Positions 53,028-61,909 of a stretch of DNA of 64,000 nt are shown piece by piece. Source of the stretch: an uncultured Gemmatimonadota bacterium. Its GTDB lineage: Bacteria > GCA-2686955. A program made the translations under genes and the position numbers. Every line of letters starts with the position of its first letter. Position 1 is the stretch's first letter. The notes beneath the pieces were generated by a model. It was not told the DNA's origin. It did no database searches and was given only the letters and a program-made list of their open reading frames with translations. The DNA lies in NCBI GenBank assembly GCA_964490075.1, contig CAZBBK010000027.1, forward strand, positions 1-64,000, written 5' to 3'.

Positions 53028-54357
53028 TCACTCCCGGGCCGTCAGCGGAATCGGGAGCGCGTGGGCCGCAAGGAGTCGCGCGGGGGCGGTCTGGCCGCTG
53101 AAGAAGGGAACGACCTGGAGGACCGACCGGCTGCCCTTCTTGCCGGTGAAGACCGCCGCCTCATGCCCCAGAAGGGCGGCGCCGCTCGCGAGCACTTCGT
53201 ACGAGGGCTCGCCCTCCATGCCGACCCCCGGCCCCAATCTCACCGGCTGCTCCGGCCGGGAAATATCGAGGATTCCCAACACCCCCCGGAGCGCGAGCAC
53301 CTGACCAGGCGCGAAGGGGAAGAACCGGGTGTCGGGCGAGCGACCGCGACCGGGTCTTTCCAGGTAGGCAAGCCGGCCGACGAGCTCAGTCTGGCCGGGG
53401 CCGAGAATCCGCCGAATCTCGGAGACACCGCTTCCGGAGCCGTGGTGGGGGTCCGAGCCGTAGGCGACGACGACGAGCGTATCCAGGATTGCCAGGTCGC
53501 GCGGAGTGTCGCGATAGATCAGCTCCTTCAGAACCGGCAGGGTCGGGTCACTGATGTCGAGAGACCACCGGCTGCCGGGCGCTCCCGACGGGTCGGCGGG
53601 ACACTGCCCGAGAACCCAGAGCGAGCCATCTCGAATGCGCAGACCATGACCACGACGTCGGAGGCGCACCATTCGGACGAGATGTCCAGCTCACCGATCT
53701 CGGGCCGCGGACCCGCGACGGCACTGAAGTCCAGTATCCGGATCCGCTCGTACTCGATTTCGTCCCATGGATGCTGTCCGCCACGAGATCGCACCACCGC
53801 GCGCCCGCCCGCGAGTGTCGCCACGCACGCCTCTCCCGGCTCGAGCCAGATCGACGAGACCGGGGTGTCGGATCCCGCGCCCCGGGCGCGCAGGATCTGC
53901 GACTGCATCGGCATCAAGTGATTGTGGTGGTCGGCCGAGATCAACAAGGGCGCACCGAGAGAAATCGTGCCGCGCCAGATGAAGTCCTCGAGTGAATCGT
54001 TGCGCACCGGAATGGGCGCGAGGGGTTCGGCGATGTCGAGCAGGTGGGGCTCCGGTGGGGTGCCTGTGCGAACAGCGATGTAGGGTCGCCGCGAATCGCG
54101 ACTGAGCGCGCCATCGGGACCGGCCGCCCGACGCTCGATCAGGGTCGCGGCGAGAAGGGGATCGGCCGGGTCGGAGCCGGATCGACCAGGGTCAACCCGC
54201 GAATTTCACTCGGTAGAGCGATCTCCGCCATCACGGGAAGATCCCGGGGAGTGTCGATATCCACGGCCAAGACACCGGCGGACGCGGCCATGTATGCCAG
54301 CCCGCCAACCACAGCGATCTCTGCGCCCTCTTGGCCTCTGAGGCCTCCGCGGTTCAT
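53028..54357 (-). pseudogene. Multiply frameshifted LVIVD-repeat protein remnant
   Basis: GLAYMA..AVDIDTP, LDIAEP, LDISDP, LDISRP motifs spread over several frames; no N-terminus. Confidence 0.65.
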
Positions 54358-54390
54358 TCCCCGTTGGTCGATGAAACCAAAAAAGTAGAG

Positions 54391-55746
54391 TCAGATATCG
54401 AGACGATAAAGGGCGAGTGGCAGCGGCTCCAGGGGGACTCCGCCGATCTTCCCGCTGTGCCGAGTGCGGGCCCAGATGCGGGCGTTGTCGTATTTGCGGA
54501 TCTGCTTCAGATCTTTGGGGCGGATCTGGTGGCTCCACTTGACCTCGATGGGCCAGAATCGTTCGTTTCGCACATAGGCCACGTCGACCTCTCCCTCCGC
54601 CTTGATGTAGTAGGTGGGGTGTAAGCGGCGAATGTGGGAGGCCACGGTGGCCTCGACGAGGACGGGTGATAGGGACGGATCATTGGCGGTGACGCCGGGC
54701 GCGCTCGATCGGCCGAGCCAGTCGGCGAGCGCATGGAAGATGAAGGGGTCGGTGAAGGCAACTTTTCGGGCCTTCTTGGGAGCACCTTGGAGCCTGTGCT
54801 CGAGCAGAGCCGGCTGAACAAACACGACGTCGAGGGCGACGAGTGCGTCGATGTAGTACGCGACGGTCTTGGGATGGTCGATGGAGAGCTCTCTCGCCAA
54901 GGCGTTCCAGGACACCTGGCTGCCCATGCGGCGAACGATCGCGCCGATCACTTCGCGCAGGTAGGGCTCGCTCTTGCCGCGTTTGAGCATGTCGCCGCGG
55001 ATCCAGTCGCTGTAGGTGGCGAGGGTCGAAGGCGTGATTCGGCCGGAACGGGCCATGTCGTTGATGGCGGTCAGGAAGCCGCCGTGCAGGAGGTAGCGAT
55101 CGAGCTCGCGGAAGAGGAGGTCCAGCAGAGGCGGCGAGGGGTTGGCGGAGGCGGGGTCTCCCGGAAGCCCGGTTCCGCTCGATGCCTTCAGATCGACCGC
55201 TTCTCTGAAGCTCAGCGGATGGAGCTCGAAGTCCACCCGGTCGGACGCGCCGCGTCGCCCGGGGAAGCGCATTCGAGCCTCTTTGACGTAGCCGAGATCG
55301 GAGCCGGTCAGCATCAGGGCGACGCGTTCGAGCAGGCCGGCGTCGGCTGCGTACTTGACGGCGCGATCCCAGTTCTTGATGTAGGTGACCTCGTCGATCA
55401 CGAGGAATGAAAGGGGGGCGAGCTCGAGACGCGACACCCAGTCCTGCAGCAGGCGCGCCAGGGTGTGGTGATCGTCGATCAACTCGCCGGTGAGATAGGC
55501 AATCGACTCGGCTGGAATGCCTCGCTCCAGCAGCGCCGCCATCCAGAGCTTCAGGAGGGTGGTCTTGCCGACCTGGCGGCCGCCGCCCAGGGTATAGATC
55601 CCAGGGATCGAGGCAGGGAGCTCTCGCAAGATGGCGGGTTGGTGAATGTGCTCCTGTGCGGCGAGGAGGCGGAGCTGGGGATCGTTTTCGCGGAATCGCC
55701 CGGGCTGGGTCAGGTGGGAATTGTGGGGGGCGAAGCGAGTGTCCAT
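54391..55746 (-). CDS. AAA_14 ATPase with DUF4143-type C-terminus
   Basis: GGRQVGKTT, IDEV, LTGS, YLLHGGF, EVD..PIEVK (PD-(D/E)xK-like). Confidence 0.9.
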   Translation of the reverse strand: MDTRFAPHNSHLTQPGRFRENDPQLRLLAAQEHIHQPAILRELPASIPGIYTLGGGRQVGKTTLLKLWMAALLERGIPAESIAYLTGELIDDHHTLARLLQDWVSRLELAPLSFLVIDEVTYIKNWDRAVKYAADAGLLERVALMLTGSDLGYVKEARMRFPGRRGASDRVDFELHPLSFREAVDLKASSGTGLPGDPASANPSPPLLDLLFRELDRYLLHGGFLTAINDMARSGRITPSTLATYSDWIRGDMLKRGKSEPYLREVIGAIVRRMGSQVSWNALARELSIDHPKTVAYYIDALVALDVVFVQPALLEHRLQGAPKKARKVAFTDPFIFHALADWLGRSSAPGVTANDPSLSPVLVEATVASHIRRLHPTYYIKAEGEVDVAYVRNERFWPIEVKWSHQIRPKDLKQIRKYDNARIWARTRHSGKIGGVPLEPLPLALYRLDI

Positions 55747-55752
55747 GGATGC

Positions 55753-55780
55753 ATAATAGCTATTGAATAAATTTGGTCAA
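55753..55780 (-). promoter_or_regulatory. Sigma-70 promoter TTGACC-N16-TATTAT, leaderless
   Basis: AT-rich island; -10 lies 6 nt before ATG 55746; -35 overlaps the upstream TGA. Confidence 0.65.
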
Positions 55781-56173
55781 TCGCCATTCCTGAGCCAACG
55801 CCAGTTGCCAAACCCTCCGTAGGCCCCCATATCCGAGCGGGGGCCGTTTGCACACCAGTGCGGCCAACGCGGAAAAGCGTCGGAGAGCCGATCCTGGACG
55901 CTGGGATCCCCCGCGTCGATACAGGGGGAGCCGGACCCGAGCAGATGATCGTGTCCCCAGCGCGTACGATGAAGCGGATCTGCGTCGATGTTGCCGGCTC
56001 CATGGTAGCCGCCCGCCACATTGCTGTAGATGATGAGGGGCTCGCCCGAGTAGGGGTGCTCGAGGAAGACCTCGCCCGGTTCGTTCCCCCAGAGGACGCA
56101 GTTCCGGAAGATCGGTGTCCCTCGCCAGTAGTCGTAGAGAGCTCCTCCCACGCTCTCCGCCACGTTTTCGGTC
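55777..56173 (-). pseudogene. C-terminal fragment of a beta-helix-family protein
   Basis: GGAL, NCVLWGN, GNIDADP, SPCIDAGDP, RSDMGAYGG; homology ends at the IR element. Confidence 0.8.
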
Positions 56174-56283
56174 AGGGACTCGGTTTGACAATGGGCGCTC
56201 AACTTGAAGCCCAAGCCCCCCGAAACCGGCCCCTTTCGGTCATCTGGCGCGCCGGGACCGGGGAGATGTCAAACCGAGTCCCT
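56174..56283. mobile_element. 110-bp MITE/IS remnant (family C)
   Basis: Perfect 17-bp terminal IR AGGGACTCGGTTTGACA (56174-56190) / TGTCAAACCGAGTCCCT (56267-56283). Confidence 0.8.
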
Positions 56284-56356
56284 CTCCGTGTGCGGAGTGT
56301 CAAATCCAACCGCTCTCCGCGTGAGGGAGGCGCGGCGGTGGCTCGCGCGCCCTCCT

Positions 56357-57688
56357 CTACTGCGAAACCCCCGCGAGCTGCAGCTCCTTCATCAGCTCCT
56401 CGAGGCGCTCGCCCTTGGCGCGGCCGTCCAGCTCGCCGCTGATCATCTGCACCCAGGCGAGCAGGAAGGGTGCGGCCGGCACCAGGCGCACCGCGTGCAT
56501 CGACTGCGGCGACTGGATGCTGGAGCTCAGGTGGATCGCCGGCAAGTGGCGCAGGTTCTCCGGGATCGCCTCTTTGCGGAAGCCGCGCCGGTCGCGCTCC
56601 AGAAGCACGAAGCCGCCGCGCTTGAGCTGCACCATCACGCAGCTGTTGGCCCGCCCCTTGACCGTCGCCCCCAGCCACTGGAAGAGCCGCCCCATCTCGG
56701 CGATCGGCGGATCGCCGGAGCGCGCCAGGTCGCCGGCGATGGCGCTCATCACCCACGAAGGAAGGCCGCTGGGACCGTCGTGCAACGCCACGCCGTGCAG
56801 GCGCCGCAGCACGTCCTGGGCATGGTCGAGATCGACCGCGCCGACCCGGCAGGCCACCGCCCCGCGCGCCACCGCGGTCCAGACCTGCGAGCGGGTCGCC
56901 TCGGTGAGCAGCAGGCCCACGGTGTGCGAGAGGCGCCCGCCGCGGCGCCGGTCGGGCAGCACCGCGTCGACGCCCGACTCCCAACCGGCCACGAAGGCGC
57001 AGACCAGCGAGGCCCGCCCCAGGGCGCGCGGCGAGTCGATGCGCCGCGCCCGCAGCCCGTGGTCGGTCGCCAGGTCGTCGATCAGCTCGGCGACGAAGGG
57101 GTCCTCGACCCACAGCGCCACCTGCGGCGACCCGTCGGAGCTGCCGGCCAGCGAGCGCCGCGAGGATTCCTTGACGACCGGGCCGCGCGCCTTCCGCCAC
57201 CGCTTCCAGCGCGACAGCGAGCTGCGGCCCAGCGCGTAGCCGAGCCCCAAGAAGGCGAGCGCGGCGATCGCCAGCAGCGGCCACCTGCTGCGCAGCTGCT
57301 CGGTGTAGGTGGTGGCACCCCGGTCGGGATCGAAATCTACGTCGAAAGGCAGATCGAGGGCGCTGCGCACGGCGGTGTCGGAGCGGGCGTGGGCGCGCAG
57401 CGCCGGGTCCTGGGGCTCCGCGACCGGCTCCGGCGGGGTGAGGTACTCGAGGCCCAGACGGCCGACCGGGTCCTCGTCGATGAAGCCGTCGAAGGTGGGG
57501 GCCGATTCGGAGTAGGGCGCGTGCGCGGTGGTCTCCTGTGCTGCGCAAGGTGCCGCCAGAGGCAGCATCACCAGCACCGGGGCTAAGCGCAAGAGCCGGC
57601 GGCGAAGGGCGGACCGCCCTCTATGCCAAGCGACTTCCCCAACAATCATTCCTCGGACTTTCTGGCGCACGAAATTGCTCACTCCCAA
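56357..57688 (-). CDS. Membrane protein with degenerate receiver-like and possible GGDEF-like domains
   Basis: Signal-like segment, TM helix (WPLLAIAALAFLGLGY), VALWVEDP, ALHDGPSGLP; start uncertain. Confidence 0.5.
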   Translation of the reverse strand: MGVSNFVRQKVRGMIVGEVAWHRGRSALRRRLLRLAPVLVMLPLAAPCAAQETTAHAPYSESAPTFDGFIDEDPVGRLGLEYLTPPEPVAEPQDPALRAHARSDTAVRSALDLPFDVDFDPDRGATTYTEQLRSRWPLLAIAALAFLGLGYALGRSSLSRWKRWRKARGPVVKESSRRSLAGSSDGSPQVALWVEDPFVAELIDDLATDHGLRARRIDSPRALGRASLVCAFVAGWESGVDAVLPDRRRGGRLSHTVGLLLTEATRSQVWTAVARGAVACRVGAVDLDHAQDVLRRLHGVALHDGPSGLPSWVMSAIAGDLARSGDPPIAEMGRLFQWLGATVKGRANSCVMVQLKRGGFVLLERDRRGFRKEAIPENLRHLPAIHLSSSIQSPQSMHAVRLVPAAPFLLAWVQMISGELDGRAKGERLEELMKELQLAGVSQ

Positions 57689-57691
57689 GGG

Positions 57692-59266
57692 TCACGCAAT
57701 CCGCGCGCGGTCGTCAACCGCGGCGCGCCGGGTCTGGTCGTCGCGGGCCAGAACGGCTCCAGGGATCTCGGCCAGGGGCACGCTCTCGCCCTCCCAACGG
57801 TAGAGCTGGGCGTGCACCCGGTCGTCCTGGTGCTCGATGATCAGGTGGGTGAAGGGCACGCCGTCGCCGGCCTCGCGGCCGTCGATCCAGGTGCCGGTGT
57901 TGAAATACCAACCGCCGTCTTCGAGGGGCACCTGCTGCGCGTCGTGGGTGTGACCGAAGACCACCAGGGGGACGCCGACCGATTCGCGGATCTTCTGCGC
58001 GGTCACGGGCAGCCAGCGGGCGGGATCGAGGTCGCGGCCGCCGCCGATCAGGCGAGCGCCGAGCAGCGCCGCGGCCAGCACGGCGGCGGCCAGGGGGGCG
58101 CCCCAGACGAAGGGCAGCACCAGCAGGGCGAGGGCGGCCAGGCCGGCGGCTCCGCCGAGCAGCAGCACGCGGTCGAGGCAGAGGGCGCGCAGCACTTCCA
58201 GGATCGACGCGGTGGCGGGGCGGCGGCGCAGGGCGTCGAGCTGCAGCACGACGTCGGCCGAGAGTCCGAAGCCCTCGGCGATCTCGTAGAGGCGGCGCAG
58301 GTGGGCGGCGCGGCGCTTGACACGGCCCTCGTGGCCGTACTGGCGCCACAGGCTGATCAGGCGCCAGGAGAGGAAGGCGTAGTGGTAGAAGATGCGCAGG
58401 CTGCGGCCGAAGCCCTGGTTGAGACTCCAGCCGACGAAGCGCCGGATGCCCCAGTCGGTCTTGCCGTGCGGATCCATGTGCGGGTTGAGGTTGATGAAGT
58501 AGCGGACACTGGCGGCCGAGAGGTTGAGCTCGAGCTCCTCGTCGGAGTGGCCGGTGCGGGGGTCGAGGAAGGAATCCCAGGAGGAGCTGGCGTCGTACTG
58601 GTGGCCGTGCTCGACGTAGACCAGGCCCTGCTCGCAGTAGAACCAGGGGTAGAAGGTAATGCCCTGGTAGACGCGCTCGCGGGCGGCGGGGTCGACCAGC
58701 TCGGCGAGGCGGGCGCGGAACTGCTCCTGGACTTGCGGCCAGTGGAATTCGACGTCGTGGTTGCCGATCACGACGACCAGCTCGTTGTCGGCTTCGACAA
58801 AGCGGGCGAGGCGCTCGAAGACGCCGGGATGGCGCTCCAGGATCCGCTCCAGCTTGCGGTCGACGGCGCGCGGGCCGGTGCCGATGCCGAAGCGGCGCTC
58901 GTCGCGGCGGCCGAGGTCGGGGTCGTCGCACCAGTCCTCGGGGACCAGGTGGACGTGCATGAAGTCGACCATGTCGCCGTTGATGACCAGGCGCCAGGGG
59001 CGGTCGCCGCGACGGTGGGTGGCGTAGTGCTCGAGGAAGGCGCCGAGCTTGCGCTCGAGGGTCACCAGGCGGCGCAGGAAGGCGATGTTGCGCACCGGCT
59101 TGAGGTCTTCGCCGAGGTGTAGGTCGCTGATCACCAGGAGGTTGGCGGGGCGCGGGCCGGGGGGGGCGGCGGAGGCGCGGCGGATGCGGCGCCGCAGGCG
59201 GTGGGCGGCGCGGCGCACGAGCACGCTGATGCGGCGAGCGGTCGGGTTGGAGGCGGACCTGGGCAT
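57692..59266 (-). CDS. Metallophosphoesterase (LpxH-like superfamily) with a membrane hairpin insertion
   Basis: SDLHLG, NGDMVD, GNHD, EHGH, FGHTH; two TM helices before the last motif. Confidence 0.85.
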   Translation of the reverse strand: MPRSASNPTARRISVLVRRAAHRLRRRIRRASAAPPGPRPANLLVISDLHLGEDLKPVRNIAFLRRLVTLERKLGAFLEHYATHRRGDRPWRLVINGDMVDFMHVHLVPEDWCDDPDLGRRDERRFGIGTGPRAVDRKLERILERHPGVFERLARFVEADNELVVVIGNHDVEFHWPQVQEQFRARLAELVDPAARERVYQGITFYPWFYCEQGLVYVEHGHQYDASSSWDSFLDPRTGHSDEELELNLSAASVRYFINLNPHMDPHGKTDWGIRRFVGWSLNQGFGRSLRIFYHYAFLSWRLISLWRQYGHEGRVKRRAAHLRRLYEIAEGFGLSADVVLQLDALRRRPATASILEVLRALCLDRVLLLGGAAGLAALALLVLPFVWGAPLAAAVLAAALLGARLIGGGRDLDPARWLPVTAQKIRESVGVPLVVFGHTHDAQQVPLEDGGWYFNTGTWIDGREAGDGVPFTHLIIEHQDDRVHAQLYRWEGESVPLAEIPGAVLARDDQTRRAAVDDRARIA

Positions 59267-59408
59267 GGGGATCGAGCCGGCGGCGGGTGGTCGGCTGCGC
59301 GGAGGCTGTCTGAAAGCTAACATTGGGCGGACGAGGGCCGAATGCCAACCGGACATTTGAGAGAATCGGCCGGCGCGCAGGAATGCTCCGCCCGATGAGA
59401 GGGTCAAG

Positions 59409-60308
59409 ATGAGCCGAACGAAAAGGCACGAGGGGTTGCGGAAGGTCGGGCCGCTGCTGGCGCTGCTCTGTTTGGTGGGGTGCGAATCCGGATCGACGGG
59501 GGCGCGGGCGCCCGGCGGGGCGGCGCGGGCCGGGGGGGACACGGAGGGGGCGGCGGGCGGCGAGTGCCGGCGCCGGGCCGAGCCGGTGGCGGTGACGCTG
59601 AGGACGGACGACGGGGTGGCGCTGGCGGCCGACTACTATCCGGGCGGGCGGCGCGGGGGGCCGGGAGTGGTGCTGCTGCACATGATCCCGCCGCACTGGA
59701 CCCACAAGTCGTATCCGAGCGACTTCATCTTCGCGCTGGTGGAGGGCGGTTTCAGCGTGGTCAACGTCAACCGGCGCGGGGCACCGGGGTCGGAGGGGGT
59801 GGCCGAGGAGGCCTACCGGGGGGATTCGGGCTGGCTCGACGCCAAGGCCGGGCGAGATTGGCTGGTGGCGGCGGGCTGCGCGGTTCCGAGCGAGGCGGTG
59901 GCGATGATCGGTGCCTCCAACGGCACCACGACGGTGCTCGACTACGCACTGCGGGCGGCGCGCACCGGGGGGATCGATCCGCCGGCGGCGATGGTGCTGC
60001 TGAGCGGAGGCCGCTACACCGAGGCCCAGCAATCGCTCGAGGAGGCGCTTGGGGTGCTGGGCGGGGTGCCGGCGCTGGTGGCCTACCCGGCGGCGGAGCG
60101 GGAGTGGAACGAGCGGGCGCGGGGGCTGGCGCGCGGGGCCGGGGGGGACTGGCGCTTCGTGGAGCTCGACCCCGGGGACCATGGGACCAAGCTCTTCGCG
60201 AGCGATCCGGAGATCGCGGGGCGGATCGTGGGGTTTCTAGGGGGGGTTGTGGGCACCGCTACCAGATCACCCGCACCCCATAGTTCCCGAGCGCCGGATC
60301 GGCGCTGA
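59409..60308 (+). CDS. Alpha/beta hydrolase lipoprotein
   Basis: Lipobox LVGC, TDDGVAL, LLH, GASNG, HGT. Confidence 0.8.
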   Translation: MSRTKRHEGLRKVGPLLALLCLVGCESGSTGARAPGGAARAGGDTEGAAGGECRRRAEPVAVTLRTDDGVALAADYYPGGRRGGPGVVLLHMIPPHWTHKSYPSDFIFALVEGGFSVVNVNRRGAPGSEGVAEEAYRGDSGWLDAKAGRDWLVAAGCAVPSEAVAMIGASNGTTTVLDYALRAARTGGIDPPAAMVLLSGGRYTEAQQSLEEALGVLGGVPALVAYPAAEREWNERARGLARGAGGDWRFVELDPGDHGTKLFASDPEIAGRIVGFLGGVVGTATRSPAPHSSRAPDRR

Positions 60309-60645
60309 TCAGCGGGATGGCTTCGACGATCGCTTGCGCGATCAGCAGGCGGTCGAAGGGGTCGCGATGGTGGATGGGGAGCGATTCCAGGGCGAGGGCG
60401 TGGGCGTCGGTCAGCGGCAGCGGGGTCAGCCCCAGCTGTTCGATGTGCCTTTCGAGGAAGTCGGGCAACGGCTTGGGCAGATGGAGCTTGCCGATGGAGG
60501 ACTTGATCGCCAGCTCGGCGGTCGAGACGGGGCTCCACAGTAGGGTGGTGCCGAGATCCTCGAGGGTGGCGCGAGCGTCCGGCGCCAAGCGTTGCGACGC
60601 CGCGGCCGCCCACAGCATCACGTGGGTGTCGAGCAGGGCTCTCAT
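60259..60645 (-). CDS. vapC: PIN-domain toxin (VapC-like)
   Basis: LLDTHVMLW, ELAIK, HRDPFDRLLIAQA, SAD. Confidence 0.92.
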   Translation of the reverse strand: MRALLDTHVMLWAAAASQRLAPDARATLEDLGTTLLWSPVSTAELAIKSSIGKLHLPKPLPDFLERHIEQLGLTPLPLTDAHALALESLPIHHRDPFDRLLIAQAIVEAIPLISADPALGNYGVRVIW

Positions 60646-60896
60646 GGGGAGCGCGGATCGAGCGGAGATCGGTACCAGGCGGCCAATTCGTCGTCGCCGA
60701 GCGGGGCGAAGAGATCGCCGACCTCGTAGGCCCCATCGTCGTAGCCGAGGCGCCTGCGCGCGGGCTTGCCGGCGTCGGGCACCAAGCGCGCGATCGGGTT
60801 TCCGCGGCGGGCGATGACGATCTCGGCGCCCGCCTCGACCTGCGCCAGCAGGCGGCTGAGCTGGGTCTTGGCCTGGTAGACGTTGACGATGAGCAT
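60642..60896 (-). CDS. Phd/YefM-family antitoxin
   Basis: VNVYQAKTQLSRLL..GAEIVIARRGNPIARLVP; ATGA overlap with the toxin. Confidence 0.92.
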   Translation of the reverse strand: MLIVNVYQAKTQLSRLLAQVEAGAEIVIARRGNPIARLVPDAGKPARRRLGYDDGAYEVGDLFAPLGDDELAAWYRSPLDPRSP

Positions 60897-60902
60897 GGGG
60901 AC

Positions 60903-60931
60903 AAGTTAGCCGACGGAGTGGATCTGGTCAA
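60903..60931 (-). promoter_or_regulatory. Sigma-70 promoter TTGACC-N17-TAACTT, leaderless
   Basis: -10 lies 6 nt before ATG 60896. Confidence 0.7.
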
Positions 60932-61018
60932 GTACTGTAATGACTAGACCATCTCGAAGGGCCAGGGAAAGCCCCGGGGGGCCGGGTTCGGCGGCGACGG
61001 GCCCGCGCCTCCGGCCGG

Positions 61019-61612
61019 CTACCCCAGCGTGCGCTCGAGCAGGGCCTCGAACTCCTCCACCCGTTCGGGCTCCTCGAGGGCCTCGGCGATGTCGGCTACC
61101 AGGCGGCGGAGACGGTCGACGTTCATCTCGGCACCGTGAACCGCGAGCAGTCGCTCCACGTCGCCCCGATCTTGCGGCCGCCAGGCGACCGCCTTGTAGA
61201 CGACGAGGTCTTCGGGCCGCACCATCGGCACCGTAGCTCCCGCCAGCGACACCTCGAGCGCCGCGGCGATCGCCTCTTCCTCGAAGGGGAGCCATGCGAG
61301 ACTGAGGTCCACCTCGATGCCCGATGGACCGTGCCGCAGCAGGAGTACGTTGCTCCGCCCGGCGAACTCGATCGAGCGCTCGATTCGGGGAACGATGCCG
61401 TGCTTCCCGAACACCCGCAGCAGCACGGCCAGGTCTGTGCCGGTGCCGGCGACGGCGAGGTCGATGTCGCGCGTGACGCGTGGCACACCGTGGGCGATGG
61501 CGGCCATGCCTCCAATCACCATCCCGGGTCGGCCGGAGTCGCGCAACGCCGCGGCCACCGCGGCCAGCGCCGCCTCGGGCCCGGGCCGCGGACCCTCGGT
61601 GCGGGGACTCAC
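61019..61612 (-). CDS. Nucleotidyltransferase (AbiEii-like fold), putative toxin
   Basis: IGGMA..HGVPRVTRDID, EDLVVYK..RPQDRGD; GTGA overlap with the upstream small ORF. Confidence 0.8.
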   Translation of the reverse strand: MSPRTEGPRPGPEAALAAVAAALRDSGRPGMVIGGMAAIAHGVPRVTRDIDLAVAGTGTDLAVLLRVFGKHGIVPRIERSIEFAGRSNVLLLRHGPSGIEVDLSLAWLPFEEEAIAAALEVSLAGATVPMVRPEDLVVYKAVAWRPQDRGDVERLLAVHGAEMNVDRLRRLVADIAEALEEPERVEEFEALLERTLG

Positions 61613-61848
61613 CTGCGCCACCGCTCCCGCAGTCGGCGCCAGCTCTCTCCTGCCGCGGCGTCCTCGCGCAGTCGCACCGCATCGCGCGGGGCAGCGAACA
61701 GGGCGGGGCGCAGGGCACGGAGCGCGAGCGCCTCCTCGAGCTGCGCCGCGGGATTCGATCGCGCGCCACGCAGCGATCGCAGGCTCTCTCTCGCGGCCAG
61801 CTCCTGACCGGCGACGAACCGGGCCAGTGCTCGCGGATCGATGGTCAT
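61609..61848 (-). CDS. Small helical protein, putative antitoxin partner
   Basis: 79 aa, coupled to the NTase; TAAGAT-N6-ATG upstream (61855-61860). Confidence 0.65.
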   Translation of the reverse strand: MTIDPRALARFVAGQELAARESLRSLRGARSNPAAQLEEALALRALRPALFAAPRDAVRLREDAAAGESWRRLRERWRR

Positions 61849-61862
61849 GGGGTCATCTTACC

Positions 61863-61906
61863 CCATATTCCGCCACCTGATTCGTGACCGAGCCCTGCGG
61901 ATCTTG
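61863..61906. repeat. Truncated left arm of MITE family A
   Basis: CCATATTCCGCCACCTGATTCGTGACCGAGCCCTGCGGATCTTG matches 38413-38456 with 4 mismatches. Confidence 0.85.
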
Positions 61907-61909
61907 CCA

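Noticed and set aside
59409-61906. Integron cassette array
   Set aside because: No integrase and no recognisable attC sites between the TA modules.
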